Source: a virus
Virus record (IMG/VR): IMGVR_UViG_3300045978_000375
Location: 1 to 64,000 of that record
Length of the DNA: 64,000 nucleotides
Reading direction: 5' to 3' (one strand)
Made by a program: the position numbers and the translations under genes. The notes under the pieces were generated by a model. The model did no database searches. It was not told the origin of the DNA and worked only from the letters and a program-made list of their open reading frames with translations. Position 1 is the stretch's first letter, and every line of letters begins with the position of its first letter. Positions 36,123-44,905 of this stretch are shown piece by piece.

Positions 36123-36304
36123 CTCCCGAGTCCATCGCCATCAGCGTGCTCGCCGTCCTCTCGCTCGTAGCGATCGGGGGCTGGGCCTCCCAGCTAGCGC
36201 GAGCTCGGCGGGCCGAGGCGAAGCTCGATGCCCTGACCGTTCGGATTGCGCGGACCGAACCGCCGCCGGCGCCGCTGACGTTTCCACCAGGTGGCGCAGC
36301 GTGA
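36119..36304 (+). CDS. small single-TM protein (holin/antiholin-like)
   Basis: 61 aa with one TM helix (IAISVLAVLSLVAIGGW). Located in the lysis cassette. Confidence 0.35.
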   Translation: MTPESIAISVLAVLSLVAIGGWASQLARARRAEAKLDALTVRIARTEPPPAPLTFPPGGAA

Positions 36305-36483
36305 GCGACTCCTGGCACGTCCTCGGAGACTATATCGGGGCCTGCATCGTCGTCGTGTCGGTGCTCGCGGCCCTGCACTACCGCGGGCAGGCGAAGGAGC
36401 GCACCGAGGAGCTCGAGCGGCTCGAACAGACGCTCGACGAGGTACTAGCCGACGACGAGCCGAAGACGCCGAGGTCGAAGTGA
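36301..36483 (+). CDS. small single-TM protein (holin/antiholin-like)
   Basis: 60 aa with a TM helix (YIGACIVVVSVLAAL) and a charged tail. Confidence 0.35.
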   Translation: MSDSWHVLGDYIGACIVVVSVLAALHYRGQAKERTEELERLEQTLDEVLADDEPKTPRSK

Positions 36484-36956
36484 TAAAAGCCGTTCTGTTC
36501 GCCCTTTCGCTCGTTGCATCTGCACCATCCGAGCGTGGGACGCCCGAAAAAATCGCTCAGCAAAACGCGCTCGCGGCGGCCATTGCCGAGTTTGCCCGCA
36601 CGGCAGATGAGGTGGCATTCCTCGTGGCCTGGGGTGCGCACGAGACGCACTTCGCACTGCGAATACACGTCGGTCAGTGCCGCCGTTGGGAATGCGACCG
36701 GGGCCGAGCTCGAGGCCCGTGGCAGGCGCACCGCAACGGGATGAGCGCCGAAGAGTGGGCCCGGATGCATGGGGTCGAGAACACGCGCACACAGGCCGCA
36801 CGCGCCGCTCGTCACGCCCGCTGGGCTCTCAGGCAATGCCCGGATGACCGCCTACGAGGCGCGTTCCGGGTGCTAGCCGGGCTGCCCTGCTACCGGCCGC
36901 TCCGGGGCGAAGACGCTCGGGTTGCGACCTTCCAGCGGGTCCGGAGGGCGCTCTGA
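36480..36956 (+). CDS. secreted lytic-transglycosylase-like endolysin candidate
   Basis: GTG overlaps the upstream stop. Signal-like N-terminus VIKAVLFALSLVASAP. AHETHF and GPWQ resemble the SLT E-S and GLMQ motifs. Confidence 0.4.
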   Translation: MIKAVLFALSLVASAPSERGTPEKIAQQNALAAAIAEFARTADEVAFLVAWGAHETHFALRIHVGQCRRWECDRGRARGPWQAHRNGMSAEEWARMHGVENTRTQAARAARHARWALRQCPDDRLRGAFRVLAGLPCYRPLRGEDARVATFQRVRRAL

Positions 36957-37684
36957 TGGTCGTCGCCTGTGCCGCGCTCTGGCCTGATGGCACCGCTCAC
37001 ACGGTGAACCACTGGGGCCATATCGCTGGCGAGCTCGGCAGCAACGCTCCGCTCGCGCGTCCGTGGCTGCTCTGCCTGCGTGGTGTGCGGCCGTTTGCGA
37101 CGGAGACTCACGAGCTCATGCACAGCCCCGAATACGACGACACGGGCGTTTTGCTCTACCCGGGCGACGCGCCGATCGTTTTTCCGATGGCCTCGCACGC
37201 GTACCAAGCGCGCAGTCGCCTTTCGCCCGACGTGAATCGAGACGGACAGGGTGACGTGGGAAGCATCCGACCGGGGCGCTACGTGCTGCACGACCTCGGG
37301 ACCGAGGAGTGCATCTTTCATGTGCGGAACCCCGACGGCTCCGACCGCCTGCCCTGCTGGCGCGACTTCAATGGCGATCGGTTCCTTTCGGCGGAGGAGA
37401 TGAGGCGGTCCGAAGCGCTCCGTACCGGGGCACAGGTGGGCGCCGACGGGACGTGGGCCGACTCGATTCTGCTGCACGGTGGCCTCGACTCGCCGCCAGA
37501 CGCGAAGCACCGCTACTCGATTGGCTGCCTGACGGCGCCGCTCGCTCGTCGTGACATGCTCCGTCGGCGCGCGAAGCTACACGGCGGCGAGATCGACCTC
37601 GTACTCGCCAACGCGAGTGATGTTTTGCCGTTGGCCGCAGAGGCGCGACGCTTGTACGGCCAGAAGCCCGAGGATATTGCTTGA
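36956..37684 (+). CDS. YkuD / Tlde1-like L,D-transpeptidase-fold enzyme
   Basis: SILLHGGLDSPPDAKHRYSIGCL places His 17 residues before SxGC, as in YkuD catalytic sites. Coupled on both sides. Confidence 0.45.
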   Translation: MVVACAALWPDGTAHTVNHWGHIAGELGSNAPLARPWLLCLRGVRPFATETHELMHSPEYDDTGVLLYPGDAPIVFPMASHAYQARSRLSPDVNRDGQGDVGSIRPGRYVLHDLGTEECIFHVRNPDGSDRLPCWRDFNGDRFLSAEEMRRSEALRTGAQVGADGTWADSILLHGGLDSPPDAKHRYSIGCLTAPLARRDMLRRRAKLHGGEIDLVLANASDVLPLAAEARRLYGQKPEDIA

Positions 37685-38496
37685 GCCACGACGACGAGGA
37701 CTTTCCATCCCATACCGTGCACGCGCCGCCGGCCCCTCGGCTCCCGCGGATCGACCGCGACACCGAGCCACCGCCGACGCACCCGGATGCGAGCCCGCGC
37801 CCGTTCACGCCACTACCAGATGTGCCGAGTGAGCTCGCCGCGACCGAGCGCGCAAAGCCGTCGATCCCGCCGGGCGCCGAATATTTCGACTGGGCTCTCG
37901 AGAAGCTCGTAGAGGCGAAGCGGGCGATCGACGGCTACCAGCATGAACTCCTCGACCCGCAGGGTGTGCATGCCCGGCGGTTCAGCGACCTTCACGCGCT
38001 CGTTGTCGAAACATTCCGCACCGTCACCGACCGGCTGAACTACGGCGCGAGCGTGATGATGAGCCACGCGCTGATGATCGGCGAGATCCAAGGCCGTCAG
38101 CCCAACGGGCTCGGAGGCAAACGGATCCTCATCGTCGAGGATGAGCCTGTGCTCCTGCATGTGCTCTCGACCGCGCTCTCCAAGCGGGGCGCACGGGTGT
38201 TCACTGCGCATTCGCGTGAGGAAGCGTCCCGAGTGATCGGAGCGGTGCAGGTCCATGCGGCGCTGCTCGACCTTAGGATCCCTACGCCGCTCGATGGGCT
38301 CGAGCTCGCCCGAGAGCTGAGGATCCGACAGCCGCTGACTCCCGTCGTCATCATCACCGGCGCCCCGCACGAGGCGATCTTCGAGATGGAAACCTTCGCC
38401 GTGCTCGAGAAGCCGTGCTCGCTCGAGCTGCTCGAGAAGACGCTCCACGAGGCGATCGATGCCGCCGCAGCCGCCGCGACGCCCCCCGCGACCTGA
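37681..38496 (+). CDS. response-regulator receiver (REC) domain protein without recognisable output domain
   Basis: C-terminal KRILIVEDEP...ALLDLRIP...VVIITG...LEKP keeps all the key REC positions. The N-terminal 140 aa are Pro-rich then helical. TTG start overlaps the upstream stop. Confidence 0.65.
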   Translation: MSHDDEDFPSHTVHAPPAPRLPRIDRDTEPPPTHPDASPRPFTPLPDVPSELAATERAKPSIPPGAEYFDWALEKLVEAKRAIDGYQHELLDPQGVHARRFSDLHALVVETFRTVTDRLNYGASVMMSHALMIGEIQGRQPNGLGGKRILIVEDEPVLLHVLSTALSKRGARVFTAHSREEASRVIGAVQVHAALLDLRIPTPLDGLELARELRIRQPLTPVVIITGAPHEAIFEMETFAVLEKPCSLELLEKTLHEAIDAAAAAATPPAT

Positions 38497-39199
38497 TCCG
38501 CGCGAGGACGGCAACCCGGCGCCAGTCCCCCGTCGAGCCAGCCTCACGGGGGTGGTGGCCGGTGAGGTAGGGAGACCGCCCCTGCACGCCCCAGGGACGC
38601 GTCCGACGCGAGTCGGGCTACCGGCGCCGCCAGCGCCGCAAAGCGCGCCACAGCCGCCCGTGCTGCGCACCGAAAAAGGGATCGGTCCGCACCAGCTGCC
38701 CCGGCTCCCTGAGCTCGAGCCGCCGAGCACCCCGCCGCCCCGGAGCTATTCCCCGCCGCCAATGGCGAGCCCAGAGGAGGAGCGCGCCATTGAACTTGAG
38801 GCACGCCGCCACGGTGACCGGGTCCAGCGCCCGCCGACGAGCGTCTACCATGCCGAGGCCGCCAAGTATCGCGAGCCGCCATGGTGGCACACGACGGATG
38901 GCACGGTCAAAGTAATCGGCGCCATCGCGCTGGCCGGTTCGACGTTGGGCGTAGGCGGGTGGGTTGCGAGCCGGGCAGAAAAGCCCGAGCCGCCGCCTGC
39001 CGCGCTTGTTGCCTGCCCGCCGCCGAAGAACGAGGCGGAGCGGATGAAGCAGCCCGACGTCTGCGTGCGGCTAGAGCAGCTTGAGGCGCTGGCGAATCGC
39101 GCCGCCCTCGACGCCGCTGAGGCGCTCGCCCGGTCGCGCAAGGACAGTGATCCGCAGCCGGCCGCAACGATCCAAGGGATAGCCCCCACACGCCCCTGA
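38459..39199 (+). CDS. Pro-rich membrane protein (possible spanin-like)
   Basis: One TM helix (VIGAIALAGSTLGVGGWVA) followed by a coiled coil. An alternative start at 38762 would leave a 265-bp gap. Confidence 0.35.
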   Translation: MPPQPPRRPPRPDPREDGNPAPVPRRASLTGVVAGEVGRPPLHAPGTRPTRVGLPAPPAPQSAPQPPVLRTEKGIGPHQLPRLPELEPPSTPPPRSYSPPPMASPEEERAIELEARRHGDRVQRPPTSVYHAEAAKYREPPWWHTTDGTVKVIGAIALAGSTLGVGGWVASRAEKPEPPPAALVACPPPKNEAERMKQPDVCVRLEQLEALANRAALDAAEALARSRKDSDPQPAATIQGIAPTRP

Positions 39200-39222
39200 C
39201 GGCACACAGCCCGGCCACGCGA

Positions 39223-39657
39223 CTACCCGACGCTGGGCTCCGCAACGAGAGCGATCTCCTCTTCGACGATTGCGGACGCGAGTTTCGCAATCAGCGCCCT
39301 GGCCTCGGCGTCCCGCTCGTCGAGGATGGTGACGAGCGCATCGAGCTCACTGGCAGGACCCCACTCCGCGGCGCGCTGGCGGCGTTTTCCGAGCTCTTCG
39401 CGGAGCGTCGTGGGTTCGGTAGGCTCCTGGCTCTTCCGCCTCGCTACGAGTTCCTGGACGGCCGGAACGAGCAGGGCCGCGTCCTTGCCACCGAGGTCCT
39501 CGACGAGCGTCACGACCTCGCGTGCTAGTTCGCTAGCGGCAAGCCCAGGCGGAGCGTCCGGGTCGATGGCGGCCGCGAGTTGCTGGACCAGCGCTTCCTT
39601 GGAAATGGGGTTCATGCTCGGACTATCGCTCTCATCGGCCATCCACGACCCACCCAC
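39223..39657 (-). CDS. hypothetical acidic protein
   Basis: 144 aa and the last gene of the leftward operon. Alternative ATG starts at 39642 and 39615. Confidence 0.45.
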   Translation of the reverse strand: MGGSWMADESDSPSMNPISKEALVQQLAAAIDPDAPPGLAASELAREVVTLVEDLGGKDAALLVPAVQELVARRKSQEPTEPTTLREELGKRRQRAAEWGPASELDALVTILDERDAEARALIAKLASAIVEEEIALVAEPSVG

Positions 39658-39673
39658 AAGTTGGGATGTCGGA

Positions 39674-39859
39674 TCACGCCGACTCCAAGCACGGTGCTGC
39701 TTCTCGCTCGGCGTCTTCGCATGCGAGGCACCTCGTCGCGTACGCCCAGCTGTGGGTCGAGCACCAGTGCGGGTGCGTCTCGGAGACCTCGCTCGCGAAC
39801 TGCACCCGCTCGTAGCCTGTGCCGTCGAGCTTCTCGGCGCGGTGCTGCCACTGCGTCAC
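39674..39859 (-). CDS. small Cys/His-rich protein
   Basis: GTG overlaps the upstream stop (GTGA). 61 aa. Confidence 0.35.
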   Translation of the reverse strand: MTQWQHRAEKLDGTGYERVQFASEVSETHPHWCSTHSWAYATRCLACEDAEREAAPCLESA

Positions 39860-40086
39860 GGCTTCCCTTTCCGGTGCGACGCTGCATTCGGGCAGGAGCT
39901 GAAGTGAGACGTGTAGGCATTGACGACGCGTGCGGTCGGTGCGCCCGATGTCAGCCCTGCCTCGAGCGGGTCGATCACGATCCGCTTTTCGGCTCTCGCA
40001 TCGAGCGGCATCCGCTTGCCGCTCGGGTGCATCACGACCCAGATGAGATCTGCGCCGCACGAGCGGCAGGTCGATGTCTCGCTCAT
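39856..40086 (-). CDS. small zinc-ribbon protein
   Basis: Internal ATG overlaps the upstream stop (ATGA). Motifs CRSCG...H...SCP. Confidence 0.45.
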   Translation of the reverse strand: MSETSTCRSCGADLIWVVMHPSGKRMPLDARAEKRIVIDPLEAGLTSGAPTARVVNAYTSHFSSCPNAASHRKGKP

Positions 40087-40406
40087 TCCGCAGCCGCTCC
40101 CTTCCGCTCGAAGTCGCCGCGCCACTCCCTCACCCTCTGAACACCCCGCGGCGTACAGCGGTAGAGCACCGAGCCAGCGCACCGCCCGAGCCTCTCGAGC
40201 AGGCCAAGCCGGCAGAGCCGGACAGTGTACGCATTCGTCGTTGCAGGATGGTAGCCGTACGTCTGCTCGACGAGCGCGCCGATGAAGCCGACGGTGGTCG
40301 GCTGTCCCGTCCGCTCCTTCGCGTAGCAGAATGCGATGAGCGTCTCGAGCTCACCGCGGCCGATGCCAAAGGCGCGGCGAAAGCGATCGTTTTCGTGCTG
40401 GTTCAT
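40083..40406 (-). CDS. winged-helix DNA-binding-like protein
   Basis: 107 aa with a helix-turn-wing pattern (TVGFIGALVEQTYGYHPATTNAYTVRLCRLGLLER). Confidence 0.45.
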   Translation of the reverse strand: MNQHENDRFRRAFGIGRGELETLIAFCYAKERTGQPTTVGFIGALVEQTYGYHPATTNAYTVRLCRLGLLERLGRCAGSVLYRCTPRGVQRVREWRGDFERKGAAAE

Positions 40407-41332
40407 TCGCTGGCCTTCCCGAAAGCCTCGAGTTCTGCCGCGATTGCGCGGATGTCATTCCAGGCAATGTCGAGGATCTCGCGCGCCTCGTGCGCTTGAA
40501 CGTCGGGAATGGCGAGCGTGAGGAGTTCGCGACCGAAGTCACGCACCCGCTCGATGTCCGGCTTCATCGCCTCAATCCGTCTTGCGTGCTCGGCCTGGCG
40601 CTCTTCCTCGCGGCGCCGAGCCTCTTCGGCCTCCACGCGCTCGCGCTCCATCCTGACCTTTGCCTCCTCCTCGGCTCGGATCTTCGCCTGACGTTCGAAC
40701 TCCGCGCGTTCCTGACGCTCCCGCTCGAGCCGCAGCTCTTCGCGCTGGCGCTCCAGTCGCGCCTCCTCCTCGCGTGCACGAGCGGCCGCCTCCTCGCGCT
40801 GAGCCTTCAGCGCGGAAGCTTCCCGGTCGAGGCGCTCCCGCTCAGCTTCGAGCTTCTGCCGCTCTTCGGCGAGGCGTGCCTCCTCCGCTGCCCGCTCGGC
40901 CCGGCGCGCGGCCTCGGCGGCTTCCTGCTCGGCACGGATCTGCGCCTCAAGCGCGGCCTTCTCGGCTGCTTCTTTCTCGGCCCGGACGCGCTCGCGCTCG
41001 TTGTCGACCACGAGCTTCTTCTCTTTGAGCGGCTCCTCGATCTCCCTGATGAGCCCGGTGAGGTGCTTCGCTACCGAGTCCACCTTCCGGCCGTACTCGA
41101 GCGCGGCGCGCTTCAGGTCCTGGCGCCGCGACTCGATCTTCACCCGCGTCTCGCGACAGAAGCCGATCGCAAGCCGGACCTCCTCGTAGCCGTCCTTGGT
41201 ATCGCACGAGAGGGCCGCGTACTTGGCGCGCGTAGCCGCGATGTCCGCCTCGGTGACCTCGTACCGCACGAGGCTGTAGACCTTCGCGACCTCGGCTTCT
41301 TCGCCGACCTCGAGGAATTGCTCGTCAGCCAT
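40403..41332 (-). CDS. coiled-coil protein (DUF1351-like position next to the recombinase)
   Basis: Internal ATG chosen. A long Glu/Arg/Ala coiled coil. Sits immediately downstream of the RecT-like gene. Confidence 0.5.
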   Translation of the reverse strand: MADEQFLEVGEEAEVAKVYSLVRYEVTEADIAATRAKYAALSCDTKDGYEEVRLAIGFCRETRVKIESRRQDLKRAALEYGRKVDSVAKHLTGLIREIEEPLKEKKLVVDNERERVRAEKEAAEKAALEAQIRAEQEAAEAARRAERAAEEARLAEERQKLEAERERLDREASALKAQREEAAARAREEEARLERQREELRLERERQERAEFERQAKIRAEEEAKVRMERERVEAEEARRREEERQAEHARRIEAMKPDIERVRDFGRELLTLAIPDVQAHEAREILDIAWNDIRAIAAELEAFGKASE

Positions 41333-42170
41333 TCGCCCCTGGTTCCTCTTGGGCACGCGGGTCCTCACTTGCGGGCGGTCCCGCCGGCTCTTGCTTCTTG
41401 GATGCGCGGAGTGAGATCCGCTTGCCGTCCTGCGCTGGCTCGGCAACGGCGGGCAGCTCCTTCGGAGGCGCCTCGTCGCCGTCCACGTCGATCACATCGA
41501 TGCCGGTGATCTTCTCGAACACGCGCGCGTACATCTTGCGTTCGGCTTTGCCGAGGATGGCATCCGCGCCCATGCCGGAGTTCACCTTCACGGGGATGCG
41601 GGTGTCCATCGATCGTGCGTTACCCGTCTCGGCCGGTACTCCGAGCAGCTCCATGTCCTTGCCGTCGAGTCGCCACTTCGCCCAGAATGCAACGCAGGCG
41701 CCCTTGTCGCCAGAGAGCACCGGCACGGCGAGCTCGAACTCGAAGCCAGAGATGCCCGGCCATTCTCGCACGATTCGCTTGAAACCGTTCTTCGCACCGT
41801 AGAAGCCGCTCGCGATGATGTTGAACTCGTTGTTGATGGGCCGGAACCCGCGGAGGAGCGCCTCTACGAGCACGTCGCGAACCGTCTGCCAGTCGTAGCC
41901 ACCTTCCTTGTCCTTGTCGGTGAGGAAGCCGAGCTTCGTGCCCTGGAGCGGGAGAAAGTGTGTCTTGATGGCGCCCTCGGTGAAGAGGTTCCGAAGCGCG
42001 TTCATGCCGCGCGCCATCGTCATCGCCTGGATCAGGGGGTTCTTATCCTTCAGAGCGGCGAGTCCGCAATCGTGGACGATGCGTTCGACGTCAGCCGTGA
42101 CCTTCGCGATCTTGCGCTCGGCATCGTCCTTGCTCTCGGGGTCGGTAGTGACTTGCTGCTGAATCGTCAT
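41325..42170 (-). CDS. recT: single-strand annealing protein (RecT/Red-beta-like)
   Basis: 281 aa, coupled (ATGA) to the upstream exonuclease gene. Motifs are weak and the call is largely positional. Confidence 0.5.
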   Translation of the reverse strand: MTIQQQVTTDPESKDDAERKIAKVTADVERIVHDCGLAALKDKNPLIQAMTMARGMNALRNLFTEGAIKTHFLPLQGTKLGFLTDKDKEGGYDWQTVRDVLVEALLRGFRPINNEFNIIASGFYGAKNGFKRIVREWPGISGFEFELAVPVLSGDKGACVAFWAKWRLDGKDMELLGVPAETGNARSMDTRIPVKVNSGMGADAILGKAERKMYARVFEKITGIDVIDVDGDEAPPKELPAVAEPAQDGKRISLRASKKQEPAGPPASEDPRAQEEPGANG

Positions 42171-43288
42171 GCTCGTTTCTCCTGCAACTTGGTGGTGGTG
42201 CTCGTGCTGATGGCGCCGGCTGCACGGAGCTTTGCGTCGAGCTCCCGCACGGCGCCTGCCCCCTGGCCTTTGCCAGCCTTCTCGCGCATGACCTTCTCGA
42301 CCTTCGAGATGCCGATCGTCATCGCGCGCGCAAAATCCTCGTCCGTGAAGCCTGCCGCCTCGAGCAACGGCCAGGCCTTCAGCGGGTCGAGCTCCCGGCG
42401 CGTCTCCTCCGTCACGGTGAGCCGCACGCCATCCGCGACGATGTCGCCGTGCGCCTCCACGTGGGCCTTCACGGCCGCCCGCACGCGCTGAGCGAAGTCG
42501 ACGACGAGGTCAGCCTTCCGGAAGATCGCGACCTGCTCGGCTGGCGTCATCGTGTCGAGGCCGAACTCCACGCTCTCGATGAGCGAACGGTCCGCGATGA
42601 CGGCAAGGTCCCTGCGGAGCAGGGCATTTGCCGCCTCGCACTCGTGATTGCGCGGGCAGTGCGCGCAGTGCGACCCCGGATGAAAGACTCCGTCCCAGTT
42701 CACCACGCGCGCGACGAGCTCAGAGAGCCAGCGCTCGGCGCCGGCTCGGTTCATCGTGTAGTTCTCGATCTCCTGCGTGCGGACCCAGAGGCCCGTCCAA
42801 GTGACCTCGTCGAAGTCTTCTGACGAAAGGAGCATCAACGCCGCGTAGCCCTTGAGCTGGTGAGCGTGGTCGCGGTCCTTCCTGCCAGTTTTCCAGTCGG
42901 CACCGCGGAGCGCACGCTCGGAAACGGCCGCAATGTCCGCGTGCCCGGTGAGCACGATGCCCGGCGCTACCTCCTTCTCGACGCGGGTCTCAGTGAATGC
43001 ACCTTGGAAGCTCGCCTTTACCTGACCCCAGAGCTTCACGCCCATGGCGCAGAGCATCCGGGTTTCGTCGGGGTTCGCGCCGTGCTCCTTAGCTACCGTG
43101 GGAATCGAGTCCCAGTCGATCTGGCCGGCACGTGGGAGTGTCTTCAGGATGGCGTGCGCGGCGGTGCCGTCGTCTGCCGCCTCGTGCGAAGCATTGATCG
43201 CCACCTTGCTCGGACGGATCGAGCCAGGGCAGCGCACCGCGAGCGGCAGCGCGCTACAGCGCAGGTTGAGCTTTTGCTGGTCTGCCAT
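42167..43288 (-). CDS. PD-(D/E)XK exonuclease, Cas4/RecB-like with Fe-S cysteines
   Basis: Internal ATG chosen. Has GHADI...DWKTGR...QLKGYA motifs plus an N-terminal Cys and C-terminal CAHCPRNHEC (CX2CX5C). Confidence 0.7.
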   Translation of the reverse strand: MADQQKLNLRCSALPLAVRCPGSIRPSKVAINASHEAADDGTAAHAILKTLPRAGQIDWDSIPTVAKEHGANPDETRMLCAMGVKLWGQVKASFQGAFTETRVEKEVAPGIVLTGHADIAAVSERALRGADWKTGRKDRDHAHQLKGYAALMLLSSEDFDEVTWTGLWVRTQEIENYTMNRAGAERWLSELVARVVNWDGVFHPGSHCAHCPRNHECEAANALLRRDLAVIADRSLIESVEFGLDTMTPAEQVAIFRKADLVVDFAQRVRAAVKAHVEAHGDIVADGVRLTVTEETRRELDPLKAWPLLEAAGFTDEDFARAMTIGISKVEKVMREKAGKGQGAGAVRELDAKLRAAGAISTSTTTKLQEKRA

Positions 43289-43295
43289 CGTGTCC

Positions 43296-43625
43296 TTACC
43301 GCTTGTCGTCCACCTCGAGCGCACCGCGTGCGGCTGCCCGGAGAATGCCGAGAGCCTCGCGCAGCGGGTGTGGCACGGTTCCGAGCGCAAACACGTTGTC
43401 GATGCGCGCTTCAATGCTCGCGAGCGCTGCCCGCAAGTTCTCGCTCCTTGCTCGGAGCGCCGAGACCTCACCCACGAGCGCGAGCTGCTCGGCGTAGGCG
43501 ATGACTGCGTCCACCGCCTTGGTGGCGAGCTCCTCGGCCTCCTCCGTCTGCACGCCGCAAGCCTCATAGCCCTCGAGCAGGGCATCGATGGCGCAACGTC
43601 GAGCATATGCTCGTGCAGTGCTCAC
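43296..43625 (-). CDS. hypothetical protein
   Basis: 109 aa. GTG overlaps the upstream stop. Confidence 0.45.
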   Translation of the reverse strand: MSTARAYARRCAIDALLEGYEACGVQTEEAEELATKAVDAVIAYAEQLALVGEVSALRARSENLRAALASIEARIDNVFALGTVPHPLREALGILRAAARGALEVDDKR

Positions 43626-43825
43626 GACAGCGACTCCGAGCGCGGCGGTCTCACCGTGAGGACACGTCCGTCCTTCCGACCGCTCTGGTAGTCGTCTTCG
43701 TCCACCTGGTCGATGAGCGACCGGGCGTAGCGCGCGAGGTTCAGCGCCATGTCGGGCCTGCCCTCCTCGAGGCGCCGTTCAGCCTTGTCGAGGCACTTCT
43801 GCGCGAGGTCGAGACGCCAGTTCAT
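43622..43825 (-). CDS. hypothetical protein
   Basis: 67 aa, coupled on both sides. Confidence 0.4.
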   Translation of the reverse strand: MNWRLDLAQKCLDKAERRLEEGRPDMALNLARYARSLIDQVDEDDYQSGRKDGRVLTVRPPRSESLS

Positions 43826-44103
43826 GCCCGCCCCTTGTCCGCGTTGTGCAGCGCGTTCACCAATGCCATCGCAACCTTCGGAGCGGCGCTCGCAGGCCGA
43901 GCATCAATCGCGATGCAGAGGTCATCGAATGCAGCCGGGCCGCCTCCGTCAATGCAGCGGCGGGCGAGCGTGGCGAGCTGCCGGTATTCGTACGTGCTCG
44001 GCCTGGCCATTGGCTGTGAAGCGAGCGTTATGATCGTCAACCTGAAGTCGGCTACCGTCTCGCTCGGAAACCAGTAGGCTCGGAGTCGGTCGAGAAAGCT
44101 CAT
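43822..44103 (-). CDS. hypothetical protein
   Basis: 93 aa, coupled on both sides. Confidence 0.4.
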   Translation of the reverse strand: MSFLDRLRAYWFPSETVADFRLTIITLASQPMARPSTYEYRQLATLARRCIDGGGPAAFDDLCIAIDARPASAAPKVAMALVNALHNADKGRA

Positions 44104-44369
44104 CGTCGATTCTCCTCGCAGCTCTCCACCCGCCCATCAGCTCGCAGCGTCCTATGGCCGCCGCAGCACCGACAGTTCCACACGTGCATCCCATCGACAC
44201 GCTCGTAGACGACGGCAGGAATCCCGGCTTCGGCGTCGCACCAAGCTCGCCGGCACGCGAAGCAGCGCCGAGCCCGGCCCTTGAACGGCACGTTGAACTC
44301 GCGCCGGATCACGCGTTCCAGCTCCGTCGCCGCCTGGATCTGACCGTACGAGAGGGGAAGGCCTTCCAT
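44100..44369 (-). CDS. small Cys-rich protein
   Basis: 89 aa. Motifs CFACRRAWC...WNCRCCGGH. Confidence 0.45.
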   Translation of the reverse strand: MEGLPLSYGQIQAATELERVIRREFNVPFKGRARRCFACRRAWCDAEAGIPAVVYERVDGMHVWNCRCCGGHRTLRADGRVESCEENRR

Positions 44370-44905
44370 CAGTGTCCCTCCTGGCGGAAAGAAAACTCTC
44401 GGGAGATCGTTTCGAGCTGCTTACCGTCGAGCAGCCCCTGGCCGATGCAGTCGAGCGCGTAGATGCAGGCCTCGACCTCGATCGAGGTCAGGTCCCGCTT
44501 TCGCGCTGCCTCGCCGAGGCCGACGCTGAACACGGTATAGCCGTGCGCCGGTCCGCGGCCGTACTCGTGATCCTCCCGCTGGTCGCTCCATCTGTCGTAG
44601 TTCTTCGTGCCGAAGTAATTGTGCCGGAGCTTGCCTCCGCCCGAGAGAATGGCGTCCTTCGCGTCCAGTATCACCCCACGGCGGCACTCGTTGATCGTCC
44701 CGCGGCAGACGAGTATGCCAGCGGCGAGGACCAACGCGTCGCGGTCAAGCTCGACGCGGACAGCAAGCGCCTCTGCTATCTGCTTGCGCCTGGATCTGTT
44801 CGCTTCAAGCCTATTCGCGAGGTCCGACATCTCCTTCCGGAGGCGCAGGTCCTCGGCCGCTAGCTCGACGCGGAGTGCAGCCATGCTGGGCATGCTCATC
44901 GCCAT
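44369..44905 (-). CDS. hypothetical protein
   Basis: 178 aa with an N-terminal coiled coil. Confidence 0.45.
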   Translation of the reverse strand: MAMSMPSMAALRVELAAEDLRLRKEMSDLANRLEANRSRRKQIAEALAVRVELDRDALVLAAGILVCRGTINECRRGVILDAKDAILSGGGKLRHNYFGTKNYDRWSDQREDHEYGRGPAHGYTVFSVGLGEAARKRDLTSIEVEACIYALDCIGQGLLDGKQLETISREFSFRQEGH

